DNA of 9,929 nucleotides from Escherichia coli (GTDB lineage Bacteria; Pseudomonadota; Gammaproteobacteria; Enterobacterales; Enterobacteriaceae): NCBI RefSeq assembly GCF_003334255.1, contig NZ_QOWU01000086.1; one strand, 5' to 3'. Shown piece by piece: positions 1 to 8,323 of this stretch (position 1 is its first letter; each line of letters starts with the position of its first letter). The notes under the pieces were generated by a model. It saw only the letters and a program-made list of their open reading frames with translations, ran no database searches and was not told where the DNA came from. The position numbers and the translations under genes were made by a program.

Positions 1-22
1 AGCTGATAGAAACAGAAGCCAC
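1..22 (-). CDS. insA: IS1 InsA, first 7 codons only (GTG start at 22..20, continues beyond window)
   Basis: On the minus strand GTG GCT TCT GTT TCT ATC AGC translates to (M)ASVSIS, the known InsA N-terminus, positioned as expected relative to the IS1 inverted repeat. Confidence 0.6.
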
Positions 23-77
23 TGGAGCACCTCAAAAACACCATCATACACTAAATCAGTAAGTTGGCAGCATCACC
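1..77 (-). mobile_element. IS1 insertion sequence, left terminal portion (IRL end); rest of the element lies beyond the window start
   Basis: The reverse complement of 1..77 reads GGTGATGCTGCCAACTTACTGATTTAGTGTATGATGGTGTTTTTGAGGTGCTCCAGTGGCTTCTGTTTCTATCAGCT, which matches my recollection of the IS1 left inverted repeat and the start of insA over the whole length. The element abuts yehA sequence at position 78. Matched from memory, not by alignment. Confidence 0.85.
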
Positions 78-264
78 TAGTATTTGTACTCACGCATGAC
101 GAATCATTAAAATTATGCTCATATGTCGCCATTTGTGTTTGAGTAAGTGCAAAATCCCCCTGAACAACCAAGTTGTGCTGAACAGATAACTCACTATAAC
201 ATGCCGCATAGCTCACAGGCATAACCATCATCATTAATATAAATAGCATTATGCGAATTTCCAT
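78..264 (-). pseudogene. yehA: yehA fimbrial adhesin-like protein, 5' fragment (about 62 codons) interrupted by IS1
   Basis: ATG at 264..262 with AGGTGG Shine-Dalgarno upstream, 15 nt after the yehB stop. The N-terminus MEIRIMLFILMMMVMPVSYAA is signal-peptide-like. The apparent TGA stop at 75..73 is the TGA inside the IS1 terminal repeat (GG-TGA-TG), so the ORF end is created by the insertion. Intact YehA is about 344 aa as I recall. Confidence 0.75.
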
Positions 265-279
265 AGAACCACCTGACTA

Positions 280-2760
280 TTACTGGCAAATATAATTTCT
301 ACTTTCATCAATCTCTTTACCGAAGGTGATTGTGCATGAAAGTCCTTGTTGCTTATCAATTGCTACATTAACCGATGGCGGTACTTCATTGGTGCGAATA
401 AATAACTGGCTTCCCTGACCGACAACGCCAATATTATGACCATGGATATCATTGACTTCATAACCAAACATTAATGGTTGCCCATCCGCTCTTAACGCTT
501 TTATAAACCAGGGCTTGCGCTGATCGGTATCAAAATTAACCAGTACAACCGCGCCGCGATAAGGGGCGGCAATTTTCCGGTTGCCACGTAATTCTGCTTC
601 GCTATCGCTTTGCGACACATCCAGCATCAGGTGATTTTCCCGATAAGGTGTCATTCCGTCGTATACCACCACTCCATTACGGTTTGTTGTGCGATATTTT
701 TGCCCATTGACATAAGCATCTTTAATTCCTGGGGCATTCATCACAGCAAACGTTTCGGAAAGACGGTTCGCCAGATTAACGCCACCCGACCAGGCGACAA
801 TGCCCCCAGAAACACTGGCTCCAGCCTGTCGATAAGTACTCGACTGACTATAACTGCCATTCACTGTCGCAACCGGCGCGTTCCAGGTCAAATTCGCCCC
901 AGCTGTCGTTTCATTTCCCTGATGCTGATAACTCAGGTTGACCCCATAGTTAAACTGATCCCGGCTTCCAACGGTTCCTGATAATCCCGTATTATTTGAG
1001 GCAAACCCCTGATCATCAAACGTCGTTGAGTTAGACATATATATTTGCCGACGAGGCGTCGTAACGTCATCACCCCAATCAAAGGGAATCGATATAAAAA
1101 TATTAAATCGTTTCTCTTCATGATGATTCTCGTCATAAGCCTGGCTTGCCGCGAGGGTATAGCTTATCCGTCGCAGGTTGTTGGAATAACTCAACTGATA
1201 ATCCTTACTGCTGCCGCTACGTCCCCAGTAATCTCGCCATAACGTACTTAAGGACACAGAACCCCAGCCTTCTGGCAATGACTGGCTCATATTGGCAGAA
1301 AAGCTATTTTTACGGCCAAAATCGTTCTGGTAATAATCGGCAATGTCATAGACATCGTTTTCATCACGGCGATAATTATCTTTATTGTTTGCCCAAACGT
1401 GATCATTAAATGTCCGGTAATCACGCGATGAATAACGCCAGGCCGCAAGACCAAAACGCGTCGACGTTTGGCTCACAAATTTGTTGTAGGCAATTTGATA
1501 ACTTTGCCCGTCAAACACATCGCCGTTGTCTTGTTTACTATGCGACTTAGTGGCATCGACGGAAATGGCACCAATGCGTGTATTCCAGCCAGTCCCCAAA
1601 GTAAACGCGTAATAATTATTCGCGACCATCGAGCCGCCATACAGCGTCAATAAATTATTAAAACCATACTGATAACCCACCTGGACAAATTCACTTTGTT
1701 TGCTCGCCCCTTCAATATGGCTACGACCCGCCGCAAAATCATATTTCGACACGCCGGGTTGCAGCATATTTGGCACCGCTGCATAAGGCACCAGATAGGT
1801 GGTTACCGAACCGTCCGCCTCTTTCACGCTGACATCAAGATCTGCTCCACCACCGGCCAACTGCAAATCTGTAATCGCGAACGGGCCAGGAGGAACCTCT
1901 TTCTGATAAACGACAAAACCATTCTGTTCAATAGTTACCAGCGCGTTACTCTGAGCAATCCCCTGCACCCGTGGCGTAAAATTTTGTTTCGAGTTAGGCA
2001 ACATCTGCATATCACGAAACAACCGCGCACCTCTGAAGCGAACAGAATCAAAAATATCGCTTGATGTGTACATATCACCCACGCGAAGCGTGCCGAGAAG
2101 TTGGGCAAATCCACGTTCCAGATACAGGGTATTGCTTTTCCACACCCCTGGATTGTTATTTGTTTTACTGAAACTGGCATCAGAATGCAGTTGCCACCCC
2201 AGTAAATTTAACCCGCTGTTAAAACGTACATATGTACTCTTGTTATTACCCGACGCTTTATAGTCGCTGTAATACTGACTCAGATAATAAGAGGTATAAA
2301 ACGCATTAATACCCCGCTCCCAGTTTTCCGGTGGAACATAGCCACTTTCCAGTTCTTCCACCCAGGCCTGCGGGACACTGAAATCGAGACGAAAAACCCC
2401 GATATCCCAGGTATAGCTCCCACCCTGAACAAGTTGCTCAAATGTTAAACATTGCTTACCGCTGGCGAAGTTATCGCTATTAATGCCTAACCGCTTGATA
2501 ACTTCTCTTGATAAACATGTTTCTTGCGGGTTGTCTTTAACAATAATCTCATATTTCCCGCGCCATTGCTTATTGACATAAATATCGATGTCATACTGCC
2601 CCGGTAAGGGTTGATTATCATCAAGACGAATATTTGCAACCTGCTGGTCTTTCATTCCACCTATCATAAAATGGGTATCAAAGGTTTCTTCAGCTGCATA
2701 AGCTTCAATGCCGAGCAATAACGCTACGATTGCTGATGCAAGTGGGGTCATTCTCAACAT
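280..2760 (-). CDS. yehB: Outer-membrane fimbrial usher protein (PapC/FimD family), 826 aa
   Basis: Long ORF directly downstream of the chaperone gene. Signal peptide MLRMTPLASAIVALLLGIEAYAA starts at the internal ATG 2760..2758, which has an AGGAG Shine-Dalgarno 7 nt upstream. The track ORF begins 5 codons earlier at 2775 with no room for a ribosome-binding site after the yehC stop. Size and operon position are typical of ushers. Confidence 0.9.
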   Translation of the reverse strand: MLRMTPLASAIVALLLGIEAYAAEETFDTHFMIGGMKDQQVANIRLDDNQPLPGQYDIDIYVNKQWRGKYEIIVKDNPQETCLSREVIKRLGINSDNFASGKQCLTFEQLVQGGSYTWDIGVFRLDFSVPQAWVEELESGYVPPENWERGINAFYTSYYLSQYYSDYKASGNNKSTYVRFNSGLNLLGWQLHSDASFSKTNNNPGVWKSNTLYLERGFAQLLGTLRVGDMYTSSDIFDSVRFRGARLFRDMQMLPNSKQNFTPRVQGIAQSNALVTIEQNGFVVYQKEVPPGPFAITDLQLAGGGADLDVSVKEADGSVTTYLVPYAAVPNMLQPGVSKYDFAAGRSHIEGASKQSEFVQVGYQYGFNNLLTLYGGSMVANNYYAFTLGTGWNTRIGAISVDATKSHSKQDNGDVFDGQSYQIAYNKFVSQTSTRFGLAAWRYSSRDYRTFNDHVWANNKDNYRRDENDVYDIADYYQNDFGRKNSFSANMSQSLPEGWGSVSLSTLWRDYWGRSGSSKDYQLSYSNNLRRISYTLAASQAYDENHHEEKRFNIFISIPFDWGDDVTTPRRQIYMSNSTTFDDQGFASNNTGLSGTVGSRDQFNYGVNLSYQHQGNETTAGANLTWNAPVATVNGSYSQSSTYRQAGASVSGGIVAWSGGVNLANRLSETFAVMNAPGIKDAYVNGQKYRTTNRNGVVVYDGMTPYRENHLMLDVSQSDSEAELRGNRKIAAPYRGAVVLVNFDTDQRKPWFIKALRADGQPLMFGYEVNDIHGHNIGVVGQGSQLFIRTNEVPPSVNVAIDKQQGLSCTITFGKEIDESRNYICQ

Positions 2761-2775
2761 AGGCAGCTCCTGCAA

Positions 2776-3450
2776 TTAAATTTTGTCACTAATATAGTTG
2801 CCATGGTCATCGATAATGGTCAGATGCCAGTTATTTGCATTATTACTTTTGACATTAACACTCTGACTTTCTAAGGGGGCAATCATAATAGTTTCATAAT
2901 TGACTTTGACATTATTAGCTTTGACATCCGAAATCGTCACCCAATTAGCTGAGTCATTTTTTATCACCAAACCATTGCCACTGCGATTTACCAGCAATTT
3001 TTTAAATGTCGCTTTATTTACCGGAGCAATACCCGCTGGCCGGTAAAACAACTTAATTCTGTTTTGCATCGCAAACTTCAGTGCATTCTTACCTTCTTGC
3101 TCTGGACTATTTGGTGGAATATCCAGAACATTCAGATAAAAAATGCTTTCTTTATTAGTGGGCAGTTTATTCGGCATAATTTTGATTTTTACTTGCTGCC
3201 CGGAATTTGCCCCTATTTTTGCCACTGGTGGCGTTAACATGAAAGGAACCTGAATTTTTTCTGGTGGTAATGACGTATCGCCATCATCAATCCACGCCTG
3301 CAGCAGCGAAGAACGGTTTCCCTGGTTCATCAACTGCACCATCACTTCTTTATTTTCTGCCGGGTAAATAATGCGCGTCCCGTAGATAACAATTCCGGCA
3401 TGTGCAGGAAGGACCATAGAAAAAATGAGTAAAGATAATAATCCTTTCAT
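2776..3450 (-). CDS. yehC: Periplasmic fimbrial chaperone (PapD/FimC family); likely start at 3450 (224 aa), alternative upstream ATG at 3495 (239 aa)
   Basis: The motif GIVIYGTRIIYPAENKEVMVQLMNQGNRSSLLQAWIDDGD resembles the conserved N-terminal strand of PapD-like chaperones. Signal peptide MKGLLSLLIFSMVLPAHA begins at ATG 3450 with an AAGAGG Shine-Dalgarno upstream. The 3495 ATG sits inside a GC hairpin and lacks a good ribosome-binding site. Confidence 0.85.
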   Translation of the reverse strand: MKGLLSLLIFSMVLPAHAGIVIYGTRIIYPAENKEVMVQLMNQGNRSSLLQAWIDDGDTSLPPEKIQVPFMLTPPVAKIGANSGQQVKIKIMPNKLPTNKESIFYLNVLDIPPNSPEQEGKNALKFAMQNRIKLFYRPAGIAPVNKATFKKLLVNRSGNGLVIKNDSANWVTISDVKANNVKVNYETIMIAPLESQSVNVKSNNANNWHLTIIDDHGNYISDKI

Positions 3451-3454
3451 TTTA

Positions 3455-3493
3455 ATGCCTCTTAAATTAAAAGGCCGCCATGGGATAGCGGCC
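3455..3493 (-). terminator. Intra-operon stem-loop followed by a U-rich tract between yehD and yehC (possible attenuator or partial terminator)
   Basis: Plus strand 3473..3478 GGCCGC and 3488..3493 GCGGCC form a 6-bp GC stem with a 9-nt loop. On the minus-strand transcript the hairpin is followed by UUUUAAUUU. It lies 3' of the major subunit gene, as in other fimbrial operons. Confidence 0.35.
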
Positions 3494-3529
3494 ATGTTTA
3501 TTACCTGGAGAAACTTACAATTTTATTTA

Positions 3530-4072
3530 TTAATCCTGCGCCACACGCATAACCAGAGAAGATAACACATCACCTGATTGCACTGAGTTATCTGTCAGTT
3601 TCAGGTATTTTGCTTTAAACGGAATAGCATATTGACCTTCCGCTGTTTTATAACTCTCAATGTTAAAAGGTGCAGAAACATCCAGGACATCGCTGTTATC
3701 ACCTAAATAGAGATAGTAACCCACGGTATCGTTGCTACTGGCTATCGCCTTATCGTTACCGGTTATTTTATCGTTGGTAATCAACGAGAGTTTTACACCA
3801 GCAACTTCTTTCGGGCAGCTAATTTTTAACATGCTGCTGGTTACACCGACTGCATCATCATAGGTAGAATATTTAGCTTTACCTTCAAAGACACTGGTTG
3901 GTACAGTCGGCATATTAATACTTACTGAATCACCACCCGCTTCGAATTTACACGGAGATTCTGCAATATTCCCCTTAATAGTTAATGTTCCGGTATCAAC
4001 GTCTGCAGCAAATACTCCAGCGCTCATAAAAAAAGAAGAAAAGACAGCGGCAGCAATAATTGAACGTTTCAT
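3530..4072 (-). CDS. yehD: Type 1-like fimbrial major subunit (fimbrillin), 180 aa
   Basis: Signal peptide MKRSIIAAAVFSSFFMSAGVFAA, a conserved Cys pair (SPCKF ... ISCPK) typical of fimbrial subunits, and AAGGA Shine-Dalgarno upstream. It is the first gene of the operon, directly after the AT-rich upstream region. Confidence 0.85.
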   Translation of the reverse strand: MKRSIIAAAVFSSFFMSAGVFAADVDTGTLTIKGNIAESPCKFEAGGDSVSINMPTVPTSVFEGKAKYSTYDDAVGVTSSMLKISCPKEVAGVKLSLITNDKITGNDKAIASSNDTVGYYLYLGDNSDVLDVSAPFNIESYKTAEGQYAIPFKAKYLKLTDNSVQSGDVLSSLVMRVAQD

Positions 4073-4296
4073 AATATGTTCCTTAATAAAATTTATTTTT
4101 GGTTGTTAAGAGTCTGTATCTCTTGGAAACAAATTTCTCACATCAAAAAAGCTGCCGCAATGTAAACACATTGTTTTATTGATTTAAAACAAATTAACCA
4201 TTGCAATATAAATACAACAAATATTTAAGAGTATTAACTATTTATCGCATCTATCAATTAATGTAGATTTATGTAAATGGTATTGTTGATATCAAT
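4073..4296 (-). promoter_or_regulatory. AT-rich upstream/promoter region of the yehDCBA fimbrial operon (probable H-NS-silenced region)
   Basis: About 220 bp, visibly much more AT-rich than the flanking genes, with many A/T tracts and a 9-bp direct repeat AAACAAATT at 4127..4135 and 4187..4195. No gene fits here. Exact -35/-10 elements could not be assigned confidently. Confidence 0.4.
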
Positions 4297-4335
4297 AAAA
4301 AAGCCGAAATCATTTATATAAATGATTTCGGCTTT
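4297..4335 (-). terminator. Rho-independent terminator of yehE (perfect palindrome, potentially bidirectional)
   Basis: AGCCGAAATCATTTA (4302..4316) and TAAATGATTTCGGCT (4319..4333) are perfect inverted repeats, flanked by A6 (4297..4302) on one side and TTT on the other. On the minus-strand transcript the hairpin is followed by a U run, about 30 nt after the yehE stop. Confidence 0.6.
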
Positions 4336-4364
4336 CTAAATGCAATTAAAATCAGGTTGCCAAA

Positions 4365-4646
4365 TTAATCGTAGCGATTTAACACGATTCGACGTTTGCT
4401 ATCGCTACCTGCAACAACCACTTCTGTCGTTACACCTTTGACGGGCGAAGAAAACAGATGACGGGTGTCAACATTATACGTTAACTGACCACAATGCTGT
4501 TGAGGTTGACCATTAACCATAGCCATACTGCATGTTGGGGGACTGATCCTGCCATTAATCGCTAATGTGGCAGTCTCTGAAGAGAATGCGGGAGAAGCCA
4601 ATCCATAGGCAAGAAAAATAATTCCTGACAGCCAATACTTATTCAT
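4365..4646 (-). CDS. yehE: Small secreted protein of unknown function (YehE-like, DUF2574), 93 aa
   Basis: ORF with signal peptide MNKYWLSGIIFLAYGLASPAFS, an AGGGA Shine-Dalgarno upstream, and its own downstream terminator. The position between yehD and apbC matches E. coli gene order. Confidence 0.8.
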   Translation of the reverse strand: MNKYWLSGIIFLAYGLASPAFSSETATLAINGRISPPTCSMAMVNGQPQQHCGQLTYNVDTRHLFSSPVKGVTTEVVVAGSDSKRRIVLNRYD

Positions 4647-4835
4647 TGAACGTTATCCCTGTAGTAAAGGTTATGCCTGGATAGAATGAGTGCATAACAA
4701 ACTATAGCTGTACATCCACTACACAGCCACGAAGGATGATAATGAAGCATTGCCTGTATGATCAATCGACTTTGTAGAGTTTCGGACGAAGGTCCGCAGA
4801 ATATTCGCAGTATTAAATAAGTGTTCATTAATGCG

Positions 4836-4880
4836 GCAAAAACTAATACACCGCATCAATGTAACATCTCTGCGGTGTAT
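4836..4880 (-). terminator. Rho-independent terminator of apbC/mrp
   Basis: ATACACCGCA (4846..4855) and TGCGGTGTAT (4871..4880) form a 10-bp stem with a 15-nt loop. On the minus-strand transcript it is followed by UAGUUUUUGC, about 28 nt after the mrp stop codon. Confidence 0.6.
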
Positions 4881-4908
4881 GAAGAATAACCAGAATGGTT
4901 AATAGGCG

Positions 4909-6018
4909 TTAGACCGCGCGGAAGGAAATCTCGCCTGGAATGACTTCACCCTGCCAGTAGAGCTGAGCTGCAACGCGGTCAGCCAGCTGGCGGTAGATAG
5001 CGGTAAATTCGCTCTCCGGACGGCTGATAACCGTTGGCGTACCTTTATCGAGATCCTCACGTAAGGAGATGTGTAACGGCATCTGCCCCAGCAGCTGTGT
5101 ATGGTATTTTTCAGCCAGTTTCTCTGCACCACCGGTACCGAAAATCGGTTCATGGTGACCACAGTTACTGCAAATATGCACACTCATGTTCTCGACAATA
5201 CCGAGCACCGGAACCTCGACTTTCTCGAACATCACAATGCCTTTTTTCGCATCGATCAGCGCGATGTCCTGCGGGGTGGTGACCACGACTGCACCGGTTA
5301 CTGGAATGTTTTGCGCCAGCGTCAATTGAATGTCACCGGTGCCTGGCGGCATATCAAGCACCAGATAGTCGAGATCCGGCCACAAGGTTTCCTGCAACAT
5401 CTGCATTAACGCCTTGCTCGCCATCGGTCCACGCCACACCATCGCATTGTCGTCAGTGACCAGATAACCAATTGAATTGGTTGCCAGGCCATGAGACATA
5501 ATCGGTGCCATATGGGTACCGTCCGGCGAAGTTGGACGCTGATTTTCTGCGCCCAACATTGTTGGGATTGATGGGCCGTAGATATCGGCGTCCAGAATGC
5601 CGACTTTCGCCCCTTCTGCCGCCAGCGCCAGTGCCAGGTTTACCGCCGTGGACGATTTACCCACGCCGCCTTTACCGGAACTCACCGCGATAATGTTCTT
5701 CACACCGTTAATTCCCGGCTGATTCTTCACGCGTTTCAGAGTGGCTATGTTATGCGACAGTTTCCAGTCGATAGCTTTCGCCCCGGTGATGCGCAGCAGT
5801 TCGGCGCTACATTGCTCTTTTAACTCTTCGAACGCGCTATGCCAGACAAACGGCATAACCAGTTCCACATGCAACGTGTCGTCCATCCAGGCGACATGGT
5901 GCAACGCTTTCAGCGTGGTGAGGTTATGCTTCAGGGTTGGGTGCTGAAAATTGGCCAGTGTCCCGGCGACCATTGCGCGCAAGGCTTCTGGTGATTTGGC
6001 CTGGGATTGTTCGTTCAT
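4909..6018 (-). CDS. apbC: Fe-S cluster carrier ATPase ApbC/Mrp (Mrp/NBP35 family), 369 aa
   Basis: Deviant Walker A motif SGKGGVGKS and a C-terminal CxxC (CSNCGHH) are visible. Likely start is the internal ATG 6018..6016 (MNEQSQAKSPEALRAM...) with a strong AAGGAG Shine-Dalgarno 5 nt upstream. The track ORF extends 10 codons further to 6048. Confidence 0.92.
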   Translation of the reverse strand: MNEQSQAKSPEALRAMVAGTLANFQHPTLKHNLTTLKALHHVAWMDDTLHVELVMPFVWHSAFEELKEQCSAELLRITGAKAIDWKLSHNIATLKRVKNQPGINGVKNIIAVSSGKGGVGKSSTAVNLALALAAEGAKVGILDADIYGPSIPTMLGAENQRPTSPDGTHMAPIMSHGLATNSIGYLVTDDNAMVWRGPMASKALMQMLQETLWPDLDYLVLDMPPGTGDIQLTLAQNIPVTGAVVVTTPQDIALIDAKKGIVMFEKVEVPVLGIVENMSVHICSNCGHHEPIFGTGGAEKLAEKYHTQLLGQMPLHISLREDLDKGTPTVISRPESEFTAIYRQLADRVAAQLYWQGEVIPGEISFRAV

Positions 6019-6149
6019 CCCGACTCCTTTTTTGTATAGATAAACCATCAGCTGATAGTTTACCTGAAGAATATAGAGAAGTACTTACTTAACATTTTCC
6101 CATTTGGTACTATCTAACCCCTTTTCACTATTAAGAAGTAATGCCTACT
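6019..6149. promoter_or_regulatory. Divergent intergenic promoter region for apbC (minus) and metG (plus)
   Basis: About 130 bp AT-rich spacer between two divergently oriented genes, including a TACTAT -10-like hexamer near 6107. Individual promoter elements are not confidently assignable by eye. Confidence 0.35.
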
Positions 6150-8183
6150 ATGACTCAAGTCGCGAAGAAAATTCTGGTGACGTGCGCACTGCCGTACGCT
6201 AACGGCTCAATCCACCTCGGCCATATGCTGGAGCACATCCAGGCTGATGTCTGGGTCCGTTACCAGCGAATGCGCGGCCACGAGGTCAACTTCATCTGCG
6301 CCGACGATGCCCACGGTACACCGATCATGCTGAAAGCTCAGCAGCTTGGTATCACACCGGAGCAGATGATTGGCGAAATGAGTCAGGAGCATCAGACTGA
6401 TTTCGCAGGCTTTAACATCAGCTATGACAACTATCACTCGACGCACAGCGAAGAGAACCGCCAGTTGTCAGAACTTATCTACTCTCGCCTGAAAGAGAAC
6501 GGTTTTATTAAAAACCGCACCATCTCTCAGCTGTACGATCCGGAAAAAGGCATGTTCCTGCCGGACCGTTTTGTGAAAGGCACCTGCCCGAAATGTAAAT
6601 CCCCGGATCAATACGGCGATAACTGCGAAGTCTGCGGCGCGACCTACAGCCCGACTGAATTGATCGAGCCGAAATCGGTGGTTTCTGGCGCTACGCCGGT
6701 AATGCGTGATTCTGAACACTTCTTCTTTGATCTGCCCTCTTTCAGCGAAATGTTGCAGGCATGGACCCGCAGCGGTGCGTTGCAGGAGCAGGTGGCAAAT
6801 AAAATGCAGGAGTGGTTTGAATCCGGCCTGCAACAGTGGGATATCTCCCGCGACGCGCCATACTTTGGTTTTGAAATTCCGAACGCGCCGGGCAAATATT
6901 TCTACGTCTGGCTGGACGCACCGATTGGCTACATGGGTTCTTTCAAGAATCTGTGCGACAAGCGCGGCGACAGCGTAAGCTTCGATGAATACTGGAAGAA
7001 AGACTCCACCGCCGAGCTGTACCACTTCATCGGTAAAGATATCGTTTACTTCCACAGCCTGTTCTGGCCTGCCATGCTGGAAGGCAGCAACTTCCGCAAG
7101 CCGACCAACCTGTTTGTTCATGGCTATGTGACGGTGAACGGCGCGAAGATGTCCAAGTCTCGCGGCACCTTTATTAAAGCCAGCACCTGGCTGAATCATT
7201 TTGACGCTGACAGCCTGCGTTACTACTACACTGCGAAACTCTCTTCGCGCATTGATGATATCGATCTCAACCTGGAGGATTTCGTTCAGCGCGTGAATGC
7301 CGATATCGTTAACAAAGTGGTTAACCTGGCCTCCCGTAACGCGGGCTTTATCAACAAACGTTTTGACGGCGTGCTGGCAAACGAACTGGCTGACCCGCAG
7401 TTGTACAAAACCTTCACTGATGCCGCTGAAGTGATTGGTGAAGCGTGGGAAAGCCGTGAATTTGGTAAAGCTGTGCGCGAAATCATGGCGCTGGCTGATC
7501 TGGCTAACCGCTATGTCGATGAACAGGCTCCGTGGGTAGTCGCAAAACAGGAAGGTCGCGATGCTGACCTGCAGGCGATTTGCTCAATGGGCATCAACCT
7601 GTTCCGCGTGCTGATGACTTACCTGAAGCCGGTACTGCCGAAACTGACCGAGCGTGCAGAAGCCTTCCTCAATACGGAACTGACCTGGGATGGTATCCAG
7701 CAACCGCTGCTGGGCCACAAAGTGAATCCGTTCAAGGCGCTGTATAACCGCATCGATATGAAACAGGTTGAAGCTCTGGTGGAAGCCTCTAAAGAAGAAG
7801 TGAAAGCAGCTGCCGCGCCAGTTACTGGCCCACTGGCAGATGATCCGATTCAGGAAACCATCACCTTTGACGACTTCGCCAAAGTTGACCTGCGCGTAGC
7901 GCTGATCGAAAACGCAGAGTTTGTTGAAGGTTCTGACAAACTGCTGCGCCTGACACTGGATCTCGGCGGTGAAAAACGCAATGTCTTCTCCGGTATTCGT
8001 TCTGCCTACCCGGATCCGCAGGCACTGATTGGTCGTCACACCATTATGGTGGCTAACCTGGCACCACGTAAAATGCGCTTTGGAATCTCCGAAGGCATGG
8101 TGATGGCTGCCGGTCCAGGCGGGAAAGATATCTTCCTGCTAAGCCCGGATGCTGGTGCTAAACCGGGTCATCAGGTGAAATAA
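6150..8183 (+). CDS. metG: Methionyl-tRNA synthetase, 677 aa
   Basis: Class I aminoacyl-tRNA synthetase signatures HLGH (HIGH motif) and KMSKS, a zinc knuckle [18 protein letters not shown], and a C-terminal tRNA-binding domain region. Start taken at ATG 6150 ([10 protein letters not shown]...); an in-frame ATG at 6141 is 3 codons upstream. Confidence 0.95.
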   Translation: MTQVAKKILVTCALPYANGSIHLGHMLEHIQADVWVRYQRMRGHEVNFICADDAHGTPIMLKAQQLGITPEQMIGEMSQEHQTDFAGFNISYDNYHSTHSEENRQLSELIYSRLKENGFIKNRTISQLYDPEKGMFLPDRFVKGTCPKCKSPDQYGDNCEVCGATYSPTELIEPKSVVSGATPVMRDSEHFFFDLPSFSEMLQAWTRSGALQEQVANKMQEWFESGLQQWDISRDAPYFGFEIPNAPGKYFYVWLDAPIGYMGSFKNLCDKRGDSVSFDEYWKKDSTAELYHFIGKDIVYFHSLFWPAMLEGSNFRKPTNLFVHGYVTVNGAKMSKSRGTFIKASTWLNHFDADSLRYYYTAKLSSRIDDIDLNLEDFVQRVNADIVNKVVNLASRNAGFINKRFDGVLANELADPQLYKTFTDAAEVIGEAWESREFGKAVREIMALADLANRYVDEQAPWVVAKQEGRDADLQAICSMGINLFRVLMTYLKPVLPKLTERAEAFLNTELTWDGIQQPLLGHKVNPFKALYNRIDMKQVEALVEASKEEVKAAAAPVTGPLADDPIQETITFDDFAKVDLRVALIENAEFVEGSDKLLRLTLDLGGEKRNVFSGIRSAYPDPQALIGRHTIMVANLAPRKMRFGISEGMVMAAGPGGKDIFLLSPDAGAKPGHQVK

Positions 8184-8192
8184 TCCCCCTTC

Positions 8193-8222
8193 AAGGCGCT
8201 GCATCGACAGCGCCTTTTCTTT
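8193..8222 (+). terminator. Rho-independent terminator of metG
   Basis: AAGGCGCTG (8193..8201) and CAGCGCCTT (8208..8216) form a 9-bp GC-rich stem with a 6-nt loop, followed by TTTTCTTT, 10 nt after the metG stop codon. Confidence 0.75.
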
Positions 8223-8323
8223 ATAAATTCCTAAAGTTGTTTTCTTGCGATTTTGTCTCTCTCTAACCCGCATAAATACTGGTAGCATCTGCATTCAACT
8301 GGATAAAATTACAGGGATGCAGA

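Noticed and set aside
73-75. TGA ending a 63-aa ORF, which could be read as the natural stop of a small gene
   Set aside because: The TGA is part of the IS1 terminal inverted repeat (GGTGATG...). The ORF is the 5' end of yehA truncated by the insertion, not a native 63-aa gene.
610-2263. Several 60-123 aa ORFs inside the yehB region (610..981, 933..1136, 1045..1242, 1146..1409, 1468..1653, 1696..2064, 1935..2180, 2066..2263)
   Set aside because: All lie within the 826-aa usher ORF, antisense or in alternative frames, and show no signal-peptide or domain-like features. They are most likely chance frames in a long gene.
4643-4828. 61-aa ORF upstream of yehE whose TGA overlaps the yehE ATG (ATGA arrangement)
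   Set aside because: No recognisable Shine-Dalgarno, start immediately next to the apbC terminator hairpin, and an odd Cys-rich low-complexity translation. The ATGA overlap is probably coincidental, though a small upstream ORF cannot be fully excluded.
4899-5947. ORFs overlapping apbC/mrp (4899..5183 same strand other frame; 5034..5282, 5101..5409, 5505..5693, 5741..5947 antisense)
   Set aside because: They sit within a well-supported coding gene with clear Mrp-family motifs. Long antisense frames are common in GC-richer genes.
6141-6149. Three extra N-terminal codons (MPT) at the upstream in-frame ATG of metG
   Set aside because: Known MetG begins [10 protein letters not shown] as I recall. 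The AAGAAG element is only 2 nt from the 6141 ATG, too close for initiation.
6207-8039. Antisense ORFs inside metG, including a 243-aa frame at 6468..7199 and a 151-aa frame at 7584..8039
   Set aside because: metG is unambiguous (HIGH and KMSKS motifs). The antisense frames have no ribosome-binding sites and Arg/Ala/Gly-rich composition typical of reverse-strand artefacts.
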